Part shown: one piece after another, positions 1 through 13,263 of the stretch
How positions within the stretch are numbered: position 1 is the stretch's first letter
Layout of the letters: each line of letters opens with the position of its first letter
From: an uncultured Acidobacteriota bacterium
Lineage (GTDB): Bacteria > Acidobacteriota > Blastocatellia > RBC074
Assembly (NCBI GenBank): GCA_963796275.1
Contig: CAWCKY010000006.1
Span: 416,001-480,000 of the forward strand
Direction: 5' to 3'
Length of the DNA: 64,000 nt
Translations under genes and position numbers: made by a program
The notes under the pieces: generated by a model
The model's input: only the letters and a program-made list of their open reading frames with translations
Told to the model about the DNA's origin: nothing
Database searches by the model: none

Positions 1-231
1 CACCCATTTCCATCGATGTCGGAGTCAACGGCTTTGTTCGCAGCGAGCTTTTACACCGAGCGGGCAAATTTGCCGCCGCTCATTATCTTTGCCGACAATG
101 AGACCCTGGTTCGGTATACGAGTACCGTAGAAGCAGCCTTCAGAATGCTGACACAGCCGCTGGTGGAATTTTTTGCCGAGATGCTGAGGCGGGCGATAAG
201 ATCGGGGATGGGAAGCGAAGATGAAGCGTAA
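1..231 (+). CDS. 3' end of a hypothetical protein entering from the left edge
   Basis: Frame is open from base 1 (HPFPSMSEST...) to TAA at 229-231 and overlaps the next start by 11 nt. No family recognised. Confidence 0.45.
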   Translation, partial: HPFPSMSESTALFAASFYTERANLPPLIIFADNETLVRYTSTVEAAFRMLTQPLVEFFAEMLRRAIRSGMGSEDEA

Positions 232-658
232 ACCGATGCAACTGCCACAGGAAGCGCGACGGCTGCTTGCTCCTTTTTTTCCAGGATTCGACCTGGATCG
301 CATCCGCATCTACGAATATATTCCCTGGTACGTTGCGGGCAAACCGCAGGGTTATGCCGACCGCTATAATATCTATCTCATGCCCGGCGCATATCAGGTC
401 GATTCGATCGAAGGCATGGCATTGATCGCGCACGAGATCGCCCATTGCTGCCAATACAGGAAGCTCGGTACGTGGCGGTTCCGTGCGGTCTATCTAACAT
501 CCTATTTCATGAACAGGGTGCGTGGTATGTCGCGGAGAGAGGCTTACCTCAATATACCGTTCGAAATCGAGGCGCGCGAGATCGAAGCGAGAGTCTATCT
601 GGTTTTACAACGAGTTCGCGCGAATCTCGCCTCCAGGCGGTTGCACAATTACGATTGA
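221..658 (+). CDS. DUF4157 (eCIS-core-like) zincin-motif protein
   Basis: FPGFDLDRIRI, LIAHEIAHCCQY (HExxH) and PFEIEARE match the DUF4157 pattern. Confidence 0.7.
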   Translation: MKRKPMQLPQEARRLLAPFFPGFDLDRIRIYEYIPWYVAGKPQGYADRYNIYLMPGAYQVDSIEGMALIAHEIAHCCQYRKLGTWRFRAVYLTSYFMNRVRGMSRREAYLNIPFEIEAREIEARVYLVLQRVRANLASRRLHNYD

Positions 659-787
659 TGAATGGGAGTTGTCCAGGATGAACCGGCGAAAGGGAAAAAT
701 AACGGAAAAAGCCAATAATTTACTTTATTTCCTACTTGCGTATTGGCTTTCATTCTCTCTCTTCTTTTTTATACGGGGTGTATCGAA

Positions 788-910
788 ATGGATGTGGAAA
801 AGCGGGAAGAACGTGAATACCCTCATTGGAATCGGGTTTACATCACGGTCATCATTTATAGCGTCGCGCTCATCAGCGGGCTATGGGCATTCTCAAAATT
901 ATTCCAGTAA
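788..910 (+). CDS. 40-aa single-pass membrane protein upstream of the SSS symporter (not in ORF track)
   Basis: Translated by hand: MDVEKREEREYPHWNRVYITVIIYSVALISGLWAFSKLFQ*. Charged N-terminus, one TM helix, ends 21 nt before the symporter ATG. Confidence 0.65.
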   Translation: MDVEKREEREYPHWNRVYITVIIYSVALISGLWAFSKLFQ

Positions 911-931
911 CAGGCCGAAGAGGAACACAAG

Positions 932-2614
932 ATGCATTGGCTGGATTGGCTGATAGTCGCCGCCTATCTCATATACATCGTCTACGACGGGCTGCGGCTG
1001 ACGAGGAAGAGCACTGAGATCGAAGGTTATTTTCTGGCGCATCGCAGTTTGCCTTGGTGGGCCGTCGGCTTGTCGGTCATGGCAACACAGCTCTCTGCGA
1101 TTACCCTGGTAGGGACGACCGGGCAGGCCTACGCCGATGGAATGCGGTTCATCCAGTTCTATTTCGGCCTCCCGTTCGCCATGGTGATCCTGTGCATGAC
1201 CGTCGTCCCGTTCTTCTATCGCGCAAAAGTCTTCACAGCATATGAATATCTGGAGCGCCGCTTCGACGCCAAGACGCGGTCGCTGACCAGTTTCTTCTTT
1301 CTCGTCTCACGCGGGCTGTCCTGCGGCGTCATAATCGCGGCGCCCTCGGTAATTCTTTCGATCGTGCTCGGATGGAACGAATTGACGACGATTTTGGTGA
1401 TGGGACTTACGACTACGCTTTACACGATGTACGGCGGCGTACAGGCTGTAACGTGGACCGACGTCAAACAGATGATCATTATCTTTATCGGATTGTTTGC
1501 CCTGCTTTTCGTGGTCATCGGCAAATTTCCGGAAACCGTCTCGCTCGGTGGCGCCATGACGATCGCGGGAGCGACGGGAAGGCTGCAGACCGTGGATCCC
1601 AGCTTCAATTTGGACGAAACATATACTCTCTGGTCCGGCCTCATCGGAGGATTGTTTCTGGCATTGGCATATTTCGGCTGCGACCAGAGTCAGGTGCAGA
1701 GATTTCTGACGGCCCGATCGGTAACCGAGGGGCGCACATCTTTGCTGATGAGCGCATTCATCAAGATACCCATGCAGTTCCTGATACTTTTCATCGGAGT
1801 CATGATCTTCGTCTTTTACCAGTTCCAGAAACCTCCCATGATTTTCAAGTCTGATGATCGGGCGAAGGTGGAACAGAACGTGGAGTATCAGCGGCTGAGC
1901 TCCCAATATTCGGAGGCATTCGAATCGCGCCAGCGCGCCGCACTTGCTCTTGCCGAGTCAGAGGATTACGGCGAAATCGCCGCGGCGGCGCGCGGAATTT
2001 ACCTCTCATCGGACGAGAAGATGAACGGCATTCGCAGGCGCGCCGGCGATCTGGTCGCGAGTGAGACGGGCAAGAAATTCACGGATGTCAACTATGTCTT
2101 TCCGACATTTGTCACGACCTACGCCCCGGCGGGTGTGGTGGGATTGATCATCGCCGCGATATTTGCGGCTGCGATGTCGTCGGTCTCGGCCGAGTTGGCC
2201 GCGCTTTCTACGGCAACCGTCATCGATTTCTATCGCCGCCATTTCAGAAGGGAAGCGCCCGATGCTCACTACCTTCTGGTTTCGAAGATGGCGACCGGGT
2301 TTTGGGGCATCTTCGCATGCATAGTTGCTCTCTATGCCGGGCGATTGGGATCGCTCATCGAGGTGGTCAATAAATTCGGTTCGTACTTTTATGGCTCGCT
2401 GCTGGGCGTGTTCGTGTTGGCTATCGGTACGAAGCGGGCGACGGCCAACGGGGCGTTCTTCGGATTGCTCGCCGGAATTGTGTCGGTTGCGTTCGTCGGG
2501 AAGTATTCGTCTATTAGTTTCTTGTGGTATAACCTGATTGGTTGTCTTGTGGTTGTAATTGTTGGAATGATTATAAGCCTGGCTAGTGAGACCACTAGTG
2601 AGACTAGAAATTAA
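932..2614 (+). CDS. Sodium:solute symporter (SSS/SLC5 family)
   Basis: [47 protein letters not shown] and AAAMSS motifs, with many TM segments. Confidence 0.93.
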   Translation: MHWLDWLIVAAYLIYIVYDGLRLTRKSTEIEGYFLAHRSLPWWAVGLSVMATQLSAITLVGTTGQAYADGMRFIQFYFGLPFAMVILCMTVVPFFYRAKVFTAYEYLERRFDAKTRSLTSFFFLVSRGLSCGVIIAAPSVILSIVLGWNELTTILVMGLTTTLYTMYGGVQAVTWTDVKQMIIIFIGLFALLFVVIGKFPETVSLGGAMTIAGATGRLQTVDPSFNLDETYTLWSGLIGGLFLALAYFGCDQSQVQRFLTARSVTEGRTSLLMSAFIKIPMQFLILFIGVMIFVFYQFQKPPMIFKSDDRAKVEQNVEYQRLSSQYSEAFESRQRAALALAESEDYGEIAAAARGIYLSSDEKMNGIRRRAGDLVASETGKKFTDVNYVFPTFVTTYAPAGVVGLIIAAIFAAAMSSVSAELAALSTATVIDFYRRHFRREAPDAHYLLVSKMATGFWGIFACIVALYAGRLGSLIEVVNKFGSYFYGSLLGVFVLAIGTKRATANGAFFGLLAGIVSVAFVGKYSSISFLWYNLIGCLVVVIVGMIISLASETTSETRN

Positions 2615-2694
2615 CAACTGCTCAGCCCGATGAGATTTTGAAACCGGGCTGAGTTTGAAATTAAATTGATTCTGTAAATATAAGGTTCAAGACA

Positions 2695-5346
<2,652 letters not shown>

Positions 5347-5356
5347 AGAAGAGAAT

Positions 5357-5432
5357 GCGAAACAGACGAAAATAACGAAAAATACCAAATATCCAGAGCC
5401 TCGTACGCTTCGTTGTTTTCGCTTGTTTGTGT
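5357..5432. repeat. Imperfect inverted pair of ~9-nt repeat runs
   Basis: gcgaaacagacgaaaataacgaa pairs, with some G-T mismatches, with ttcgttgttttcgcttgtttgtgt. Confidence 0.55.
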
Positions 5433-5447
5433 GCTCCTCAGTAGTTT

Positions 5448-7373
5448 ATGCCCAATCTTAATGACGCCCAATCAGCTCTGGAGCGCTTCTTCGGCTTCTC
5501 CAATTTCCGCGAAGGTCAGTCCGCCGTCATCGGCTCCGTGCTCGATGGGCGGGATGTAGTCGTGGTCATGCCCACGGGCGGGGGAAAATCGCTCTGTTAC
5601 CAGTTGCCGGCGCTCCTTTTTCCCGGCACCACTCTGGTCATCTCACCGCTCATCGCGCTCATGAAAGACCAGGTAGATGCGCTCAATGCGCGCGACATTC
5701 CGGCCACCTATATCAATAGCTCGCTCGGTTTCGATGAGTTGCTCGCCCGGTTGCGGGCGATGGAGCGCGGCCACTACCGGCTCGTATACATCGCACCTGA
5801 ACGGTTCCGTAATGCTCGTTTCATCGAATCGCTGAAGCCGGTCAAAATCTCGCTCTTCGCGGTTGACGAGGCGCACTGCATTTCGCAATGGGGGCATGAT
5901 TTCCGGCCCGACTATCTGCGATTGCGGGATGCCGCGGAAGCGCTCGGCAGGCCGCAGATTATCGCTCTGACCGCGACGGCGACCACTGCCGTTCGCTCGG
6001 ATATCGGCAAGCAGCTGGGATTGAAAAATCCGGTTGAGTCGGTAGCCGGTTTCGATCGTCACAACCTGATACTGCGGGTGGAACCCTGCAAAACCGAGCG
6101 GGAGCGGATCGACAAGGCTTTTCAAATTGCGAGATATGCGAACGGCTCGGGCATCGTATATGCCTCGACGCGCAAGAATGTCGAGGAAGTGACGGGCCAA
6201 CTCAAAAAGCTCGGATTGAGTGCCGCCGGTTACCATGCCGGACTGGATGACAATAAACGCGCGGGGATTCAGGATCACTTCATGGCCGGGGATCTGCAGG
6301 TGATCGTCGCGACCAATGCTTTTGGGATGGGGGTTGATAAATCGGATCTGCGTTTCGTCACTCATTACAACCTTCCCGGCTCGATCGAGGCTTATTATCA
6401 GGAGGTCGGCCGAGCTGGTCGCGACGGGCTGCCTTCGGTATGCACGCTGCTGTTCAATTATATCGACACGCGCACTCACGAATTCTTCATCGAAGGGAAC
6501 TATCCGCCGCGACATACGATCGAGCGGATCTATCTATTTCTGCTCGGTTTGAAGCTCGAGACGATCAATTTTTCGGTGCGGGATATCTCGTCAAATATGG
6601 GGATCAAAAGCGAGATGGTGGTCAATTCGGCTTTGATCTATCTGGAGAAGGCGGGGCATATACGGCGGGTACAGGGGGGACAGACCATTAATATGATCGA
6701 CGGAGCGCCAATCGATGAGTTGCGTGTGGATTGGAGCGATTTGGAGCGGAGAGAGGTCGCTGAACGACGCAAACTGCGGGAGATGGTCAATTTCGCCTAC
6801 TATGAGAAATGCCTGCGCGGTTTCATTCTGCGATATTTTGGCGATCGCAAGCAGGTATCACACTGCCGTTGTTCGAACTGCCGGCCGCAGATGAGCTGGG
6901 TTGAGGTCGCGCGCGTTGAATCTGGGCGGGAAACATCGGCACCTGCCCCTGAGTTGCAGGCGGCGGGGACACAGGCCATTCACCCGGTTCCCTTCGGGCC
7001 GCGTGCCCTGAGCGATGATGAACATCTGGCAGTGCGAAAGATCTTGAGCTGCGTGGCGCGCCTCGAAGGGCGATTCGGCAGAGGGACAGTCGCGTACGTC
7101 CTCCGCGGTTCGAAGGCGAAGAACGTCATCGCCAATAAACTCGACCAGCTCTCCACTTACGGCCTCCTCGAAACCCTTTCGCAGGATGAACTGACGCGTT
7201 TCATCAACGCCCTGATCGTTGCCGGATGCATCAGGCAGAGCGGCTCGGCTTATCCCGTAGTCAGCCTGACAGAACTCGGGCGGCAAGTGATGTTAGACCG
7301 TGTGAGGGTAACGCTCGATTTTGACGCCGTAGAAGCCGATGTCGGTCTAGCTGATGAAATATCGCTTTCGTAA
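5448..7373 (+). CDS. recQ: RecQ family ATP-dependent DNA helicase with RQC domain
   Basis: MPTGGGKSLCYQ, VDEAHCISQWGHDFRP, ATNAFGMGVDK, YYQEVGRAGRDG, Cys cluster and RQC-like tail. No HRDC domain seen. Confidence 0.93.
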   Translation: MPNLNDAQSALERFFGFSNFREGQSAVIGSVLDGRDVVVVMPTGGGKSLCYQLPALLFPGTTLVISPLIALMKDQVDALNARDIPATYINSSLGFDELLARLRAMERGHYRLVYIAPERFRNARFIESLKPVKISLFAVDEAHCISQWGHDFRPDYLRLRDAAEALGRPQIIALTATATTAVRSDIGKQLGLKNPVESVAGFDRHNLILRVEPCKTERERIDKAFQIARYANGSGIVYASTRKNVEEVTGQLKKLGLSAAGYHAGLDDNKRAGIQDHFMAGDLQVIVATNAFGMGVDKSDLRFVTHYNLPGSIEAYYQEVGRAGRDGLPSVCTLLFNYIDTRTHEFFIEGNYPPRHTIERIYLFLLGLKLETINFSVRDISSNMGIKSEMVVNSALIYLEKAGHIRRVQGGQTINMIDGAPIDELRVDWSDLERREVAERRKLREMVNFAYYEKCLRGFILRYFGDRKQVSHCRCSNCRPQMSWVEVARVESGRETSAPAPELQAAGTQAIHPVPFGPRALSDDEHLAVRKILSCVARLEGRFGRGTVAYVLRGSKAKNVIANKLDQLSTYGLLETLSQDELTRFINALIVAGCIRQSGSAYPVVSLTELGRQVMLDRVRVTLDFDAVEADVGLADEISLS

Positions 7374-7718
7374 TTAATCCTGGAGATATATACCCCGAGA
7401 TAGACCTTGCAGACCATGAGGAACGTCGTCTTACCGAATCCATAGCTGCCGTCGCCTGGTCGGATAGGGTAAAGATAGGAAAAAAAGATAGGAATAAGTG
7501 GGTATTCGGTTCAGGGATTATATGGCTGATTAGATCGGGATCCTTTTGACTCACCGGCATTTCTTGTGCTATAAAACTTTTTTATCACATATGTTCCTGG
7601 CGCGCATAGTGATATCGATTTAGTTAGTTTGCCTCGACAGTTAAATCGGACGATTTAAAAAAGGTTGGTTGCTAGATACACGAAACGCTCGTTACTAATA
7701 ATTCAAAAAGAAAGTTGA

Positions 7719-8252
7719 GTGAAAAGTATGACAGCAGCAGCTACAGCGCTCGCGCCTGAGCGTGAAGCCACAACAGACGTAGATCTTATCCGCACGATCT
7801 GTTTGACAGTACAGCCGATGACTCGTGAAGTTTTTACTCCATACGGAGAAATCATCAGCGAGCGTGGCGATGTGGAATTGGACCTGGACGGTGGAACGGC
7901 GAACCTTGTTGCTCAGACCGTAGAAGCTCGTCCGTTAACATTTGATTTTCTGGGACGCCATCAGCGTACGGAACAGGTTTTCGTTCCGCTTGGCGGAACG
8001 GAATCGGTGATTGCTGTTGCCCCACCAAGCTCTGAAAACCCTGCCTTGCCTGACATGCAACAGATGGCTGCATTCCTTGTTGATGGGAAGCGCGCATTCA
8101 AATTGCACCGTGGCACATGGCACGTGAGCGCCTTTCCGCTGACGGAAAGAGCGACTTTTTTGGTACTCGATCGGGAAGGCACACTTGAGGAGGACTTCGA
8201 TCTGCGCGATCTGAAAACCTCGCTCGGTGTTGTCGTTCAGATTCAACAATAA
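7719..8252 (+). CDS. Ureidoglycolate lyase-like cupin (AllA family)
   Basis: PMTREVFTPYG, LGRHQRTEQVFVPL and LHRGTWH motifs. Start could be ATG 7728. Confidence 0.75.
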   Translation: MKSMTAAATALAPEREATTDVDLIRTICLTVQPMTREVFTPYGEIISERGDVELDLDGGTANLVAQTVEARPLTFDFLGRHQRTEQVFVPLGGTESVIAVAPPSSENPALPDMQQMAAFLVDGKRAFKLHRGTWHVSAFPLTERATFLVLDREGTLEEDFDLRDLKTSLGVVVQIQQ

Positions 8253-8361
8253 CTTGAGAGTGTAGCCCAACCGGGCGCGCTTATGATTGGGTGTTGGCTG
8301 GAGGAAGAGATCAGGCTCTTGGGTATCTTCCTATCGCCTTTTGTTTCTTCCTCTATGCCGC

Positions 8362-8571
8362 ATGCCCAAAGATCCCGACCAATCGAAACTTACCCTTGCA
8401 TTCGCCGCCGGCGGTATCATCGCTTATAACATCTCAGGCGGAATACTCTTAGGCTATCTTCTCGATCGCTGGTTCGACACGTCTCCCTGGTTCATTATCA
8501 CGGGGCTGATCCTCGGGACTGTGGGAGCCTTCGTCGGTCTTTATCGCATCATGTCGAAATTGAACCAATGA
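8362..8571 (+). CDS. AtpZ/AtpI family small membrane protein
   Basis: GILLGYLLDRWFDTSPWFIITGLILG is the family signature. ATG 8362 preferred over TTG 8287. Confidence 0.8.
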   Translation: MPKDPDQSKLTLAFAAGGIIAYNISGGILLGYLLDRWFDTSPWFIITGLILGTVGAFVGLYRIMSKLNQ

Positions 8572-8718
8572 CGCCCTTCTCGACTGCCTCCTTTTTTGAC
8601 ATATCCTGAGACACCTTTATCCATTCTGTTTCACCTTCTCGTATTCTGACTCCAGCCTTCCCTTGATTTTGTAATGTTTACTCATCTTTAAGGTGCAGAG
8701 CATTAAGGACAAAGCTCG

Positions 8719-8874
8719 ATGATGGATAAATGTATATTTTGTGGAGCTAAAATTGCTAAATATCACGCATGGATCCTTATTCTCTTAAATCCCGGGTCTC
8801 ATGTTATCTGTGAGAACAGCATTACCAAATCAAATCAGAAACTAAGAGGCGTCGTTCAAAATCGAAGAAGTTAA
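8719..8874 (+). CDS. Putative 51-aa ClpX-C4-type zinc-finger-like peptide, possibly degenerate (not in ORF track)
   Basis: MMDKCIFCGAKIAKYHAWILILLNPGSHVICENSITKSNQKLRGVVQNRRS* with AAGGA 9 nt upstream. The fourth Cys position is Ser. Confidence 0.35.
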   Translation: MMDKCIFCGAKIAKYHAWILILLNPGSHVICENSITKSNQKLRGVVQNRRS

Positions 8875-8955
8875 TTCTATCGATAGGCGATAGGCTTAAA
8901 ACAATTGCAACATTCAGGGAGCGGCAGCGCTCGTTGAGTTGTAGCGGAGGACATA

Positions 8956-10389
8956 ATGAGACTAGCCCGAGGCATAATCAGCCGAAACAAATATCTATTT
9001 GTCTTTCTCTTTGCGCTCATAGCACTGCTGGTCAGCCAGTTACCGGCTATTGTTGCGCAATCGAATCAGATTACGGTGCAGATCGATGTCAGCAGCGAAG
9101 GCTTACAATCAGAAAGTGGGATCGAGACGGCGATGGCGATGAGCGCAAACGGCCGCATCGTTGCTTTTTCGACTTTTGCTACTAATCTGGCGGCGGAGAC
9201 CCAGGCCTTCAATCTGCAGGATATTTATGTTCGTGACCGGATAGACGAAGAAACGGAAGTGGTCAGTCTGAACAGCTACGGCGTACAGTCGAACGGCATC
9301 AGCATCGAGCCGTCCGTGAGCACCGACGGTCGATTCGTGGCTTTCACGTCCGATGCCACAAACCTGGTTCCTGACGATAACAACCAGTGTTTTTATAATT
9401 TGCTAGACGAATCTTTCATGCCGGGCGACTGTCCGGATGTTTTTGTACGCGACCGCTTAACCAATAAGACGGAGCGAGTCAGCGTGAGCAGCAGCGGCCA
9501 GGAAGGCAACGATCGGAGCAGTGTACCGGTGATCAGTGGCGACGGGCGCTATGTATTCTTCATCTCACAGGCGAGCAATTTCTATACGGGTGACGGTCCG
9601 GTCTCAGGTGAGCTCTTTATGCATGACAGGCAGACCAAAAGGACCGATCGCATTCTCAAGCCTGCCGCCAACGGCGAGTATACGATCACTCCGGATGCTC
9701 GCTATATCGCATACCTTGGCCTCAGCAATGGAACCAGCGGATTTTACGCAATCTACGTCTTCGATCGACAGACGGGCATAAACGAGCTCGTGAGTGTGCC
9801 TCGCTCCGGTAATGTGCTCAATGGATATAGCTTTTCTCCCGCGATCAGTGCAGATGGGCGCTATGTCGCGTTCGTTTCGTATGCGACCAGCATCGTATCG
9901 GGCGACACCAATGGCCGGGCCGACGTCTTTGTCCGCGACCGGGTGGCCCGAACCACCGAGCGCGTCAGCGTGAGCAGCCTCGGCGCACAGGCAAACGGTG
10001 ACAGTTTTTCGTACCTTTTCCCTAACTCGGTCGCAATCAGTGCCGACGGCCGCCTCGTGAGCTTCAGCTCCAGTGCAAGCAATCTCGTCCCTGGAGACAC
10101 CAATACTTGTTCGGTTCAGTATTATTATTCATACACAAGCTCAGGCCAATGTCCGGACATCTTCTTACGCGATCGTCAGGAACGCACAACGACGCGGGTG
10201 AGCGTGAACAACGGTGGTGGACAGGCCACCAATGCCAGTTTTCTACCACTGATGAGCGCTGATGGAACCGTGATCACTTTTCTCTCTCTCTCGACGAATC
10301 TCGCACCGGGGGGGACTATTCCATGCAGCACGAATTTCCCATTCCGAGTTAACCGGTGTGATCACATCTTCGCGAGAATTTTTCAATGA
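8956..10389 (+). CDS. Secreted TolB-like/PD40 beta-propeller protein
   Basis: Signal peptide and repeated ISADGRYVAF...NLVPGDTN...DVFVRDR...TERVSV units. GGAGG RBS. Confidence 0.82.
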   Translation: MRLARGIISRNKYLFVFLFALIALLVSQLPAIVAQSNQITVQIDVSSEGLQSESGIETAMAMSANGRIVAFSTFATNLAAETQAFNLQDIYVRDRIDEETEVVSLNSYGVQSNGISIEPSVSTDGRFVAFTSDATNLVPDDNNQCFYNLLDESFMPGDCPDVFVRDRLTNKTERVSVSSSGQEGNDRSSVPVISGDGRYVFFISQASNFYTGDGPVSGELFMHDRQTKRTDRILKPAANGEYTITPDARYIAYLGLSNGTSGFYAIYVFDRQTGINELVSVPRSGNVLNGYSFSPAISADGRYVAFVSYATSIVSGDTNGRADVFVRDRVARTTERVSVSSLGAQANGDSFSYLFPNSVAISADGRLVSFSSSASNLVPGDTNTCSVQYYYSYTSSGQCPDIFLRDRQERTTTRVSVNNGGGQATNASFLPLMSADGTVITFLSLSTNLAPGGTIPCSTNFPFRVNRCDHIFARIFQ

Positions 10390-10407
10390 TCTAGGCAGGC
10401 GGGGCCG

Positions 10408-10529
10408 AAGTCCGATAACTGACTTCGGCCTCCGCACCACAGATTTCAGTCTTCAGATTCCCAACACCCGCCCCCGACCCCGGACTCCGGTCTCCAATTT
10501 CCGGTCCCGGACCCGGGGTCCGGACTCCC
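10408..10529. repeat. Degenerate 7-mer-like array (cggactc/cggtccc type)
   Basis: cccgacc ccggact ccggtct ... ccggtcc cggaccc ... ccggact repeated just after the stop codon. Confidence 0.5.
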
Positions 10530-10625
10530 AAAGCTCTCAATTAAAGAACATCAAGTAGAAAATGACTAATTTTTCGTGTACTCTACCTTCATCCCCAAAC
10601 GTGTTTTGCATAGGATTTACAACTG

Positions 10626-13160
10626 ATGAATGGGAGTTTGGAGAGTTACTTATTGAAGTCGCAGATAAGGTTTTTCAGCGTCGTATCGTTCTTATTTCTA
10701 ATTTCCACAATCGTACTCGCACAACAACCTCAACCGCGAACGCAGATTAGAATTACCATACAGGACGAAGCCGGCATTGCGATTCCGGCCGCCTCCATAC
10801 AGGTAAAACTCGCCGGCAAGCTTGTTACTACGGTGACGACTGATGCGAAAGGCGAGGTTACAGCAGGGGGCCTTGCACCGGGGTCTTATGAGTTGACGGT
10901 TTCCAGGGATGGCTACGAGTCCAGTATGCAGGGAGGAATCGCCGTGGTATCAGGCCAGACCACGGAGATCAAGTTTACCCTCGCGCAAAAGGTTCAACTA
11001 AAGGATGAAGTCAATATCACCGCGACAGCAAATACCGCACCTGAACTGACTTCTTCTACACCTGCGTCATTGGGACAGGCGACTGTACGCAATGTACTGG
11101 GGAATGACGCGAAGTCGGTAACGGACACCCTTCCTTTATTGCCGGGGATCGTTCGCTCTCCTCAGGGTGAAATTAAAATTTCAGGTACCGGGGAGAATCG
11201 GAGCGCTTTCATCGTCAATGCCGCTGATGTCACTGATCCGGCGACCGGCCAGTTCGGGATGACCGTGCCGGTGGATATCGTGGAGTCGATCAATGTTTTC
11301 AAGACGCCTTATCTGGCTCAATACGGGCGGTTTACCTCGGGCGTCGTATCGGTCGAAACACGCCGCGGGGGCGACAAGTGGAACTTCTCACTCAATGATC
11401 CTTTTCCGGAGTTTCGATTTCTCGATGGAAACCTGCACGGAATGCGCGCTGCGACGCCTCGCATAGTTTTTAATGGCCCGCTGATCAAGAATAAGCTATA
11501 CCTCTCGGAGGGCTCTGAGTACACGATCAAAAAACGGCCCATCCAAACCCTGGAGTATCCAAACAAAGAGACGAAGACCGAGTCGATCAATTCTTTCACA
11601 CAGCTCGATTACATCATAAAAGACACGCATACATTGACGGGCACGTTTCACTTCGCGCCGCGCAAGGATTCCTGGGTCAATTTGGACTTTTTCAATCGCC
11701 GTCCGGTCACGCCCAACTGGAAGGGGCGTGATTACACAGGGACGCTCATCGACCGGCTGACGCTCGGGGAAAATCTGATAGAGAGCACGATCGCGGTCAA
11801 ACGCTACACGGTCGATGTATGGGGGCAGGGCACAGCCGATATGATCCTGACGCCCACCGGCAACCTGGGCAATTACTTCAGCGAACAGGAACGAAATGCC
11901 ACGCGCGCCGAATGGTTGGAGACCCTCTCGCTCAAACCCATCCGCTCCACCGCCGGGATTCACAATCTGAAATTCGGCAGTGTCATAGCGCGTACGACCA
12001 ACCGCGGGGAATTCTTTGCGCGGCCGGTCGACATCCAGGATATGGGCGGAAATTTATTGCGGCGGATAGAGTTCGCGGGCGGCAGGCCATTTGACCTGGA
12101 CGACTTCGAGACCTATTTCTTCGGTCAGGATCATTGGAATATCAATAATAAATTATCGCTCGATCTGGGATTACGGTTTGAACGCCAGGGGATAACGGAG
12201 ACTTACCGGATCGCGCCCCGCGCCGGTATCGCGTGGGCACCCTTCGCGAATCAGAAGACCGTTTTCCGCGGCGGCTTCGGATATTTCTATGACCGCGTTC
12301 CGCTCAGCGTCTATGCGTTTGACCGCTATCCGGCGCAGGTGATCACGACATATGGCCCCGGCGGATCGGTGATCGATGGTCCGCGCCTCTTCGCAAACGT
12401 CACGGATACGGCAGAACGAAGTAGTAACCCGTTTATCGGCGGCGGCACGAAAATCGGCAACTTCGCGCCCAACAGTGCAACGTGGAACGTAGAAGTTGAA
12501 CATTCCTTTTCTCCTCTATTGCGCGTGCGCGCCAACTATCTGAACAGCAACTCTACGGGTGTCGTCATCGTCGATCCGAGAGTCGCCGATGGCCAGAATG
12601 CCCTGGTTTTGGGCGGAGGAGGCGCATCGCGTTATCGTCAATTGGAGCTGACGGCGCGCATTTCGTGGAAGGAGAACAAGCAGCAGATATTCGCATCCTA
12701 TGTGCGCAGCAGTTCGCGAGGCGACATCAACGAGTTCAATACATACATCGGGAATTTTCCGTATCCGCTAGTCCGGCCCAATCAGTATGCGAGACTGAGC
12801 GCCGATTTGCCGAACCGCTATCTCGCGTGGGGGACCTTCCAGCTTCCCTGGAAGCTGCGGTATTCTCCGATTATCGAATACCGTAATGGCTTCCCATATT
12901 CGTCTTACGACCAGATCCAGAACTACGTCGGAGCGGTCAATGCGGGGCGTTTTCCCAACTTCTTTTCATTCGACAGCCGCATCTCGCGCGATTTTCAGGT
13001 GCATCCGAAATACGCCGTCCGCTTTACGCTGAAGGGGTTCAATCTGACCAACCATTTCAATCCACTCGACGTTTATCGAAATGTCACGGATCCGCGCTAT
13101 GGGATTTTCTTCGGAAACTATTCGAGGTTCATCAAACTGGACTTCGATGTGATCTTCTGA
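10626..13160 (+). CDS. TonB-dependent receptor with N-terminal carboxypeptidase-regulatory-like domain
   Basis: Signal peptide, GLAPGSYELTVSRDGY, plug-like YLAQYGRFTSGVV, FNLTNHFN, terminal Phe. Confidence 0.85.
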   Translation: MNGSLESYLLKSQIRFFSVVSFLFLISTIVLAQQPQPRTQIRITIQDEAGIAIPAASIQVKLAGKLVTTVTTDAKGEVTAGGLAPGSYELTVSRDGYESSMQGGIAVVSGQTTEIKFTLAQKVQLKDEVNITATANTAPELTSSTPASLGQATVRNVLGNDAKSVTDTLPLLPGIVRSPQGEIKISGTGENRSAFIVNAADVTDPATGQFGMTVPVDIVESINVFKTPYLAQYGRFTSGVVSVETRRGGDKWNFSLNDPFPEFRFLDGNLHGMRAATPRIVFNGPLIKNKLYLSEGSEYTIKKRPIQTLEYPNKETKTESINSFTQLDYIIKDTHTLTGTFHFAPRKDSWVNLDFFNRRPVTPNWKGRDYTGTLIDRLTLGENLIESTIAVKRYTVDVWGQGTADMILTPTGNLGNYFSEQERNATRAEWLETLSLKPIRSTAGIHNLKFGSVIARTTNRGEFFARPVDIQDMGGNLLRRIEFAGGRPFDLDDFETYFFGQDHWNINNKLSLDLGLRFERQGITETYRIAPRAGIAWAPFANQKTVFRGGFGYFYDRVPLSVYAFDRYPAQVITTYGPGGSVIDGPRLFANVTDTAERSSNPFIGGGTKIGNFAPNSATWNVEVEHSFSPLLRVRANYLNSNSTGVVIVDPRVADGQNALVLGGGGASRYRQLELTARISWKENKQQIFASYVRSSSRGDINEFNTYIGNFPYPLVRPNQYARLSADLPNRYLAWGTFQLPWKLRYSPIIEYRNGFPYSSYDQIQNYVGAVNAGRFPNFFSFDSRISRDFQVHPKYAVRFTLKGFNLTNHFNPLDVYRNVTDPRYGIFFGNYSRFIKLDFDVIF

Positions 13161-13173
13161 TTATTACAATGTT

Positions 13174-13212
13174 GGATGCGAGATAAAGGGATGTGAACGG
13201 TTTCTCGCATCC
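13174..13212. terminator. Hairpin between the convergent TonB receptor and htpX genes
   Basis: ggatgcgaga ... tctcgcatcc is a perfect 10-bp inverted repeat with a long loop. Confidence 0.4.
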
Positions 13213-13263
13213 TACCGTGTGTATTCTTTTACCCTTAGGATAAGGTTATCGGCGTTATTTAAA

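Noticed and set aside
221-658. eCIS or toxin-delivery locus
   Set aside because: Only a short stand-alone DUF4157-like gene is visible, with no sheath, tube or toxin genes inside the window.
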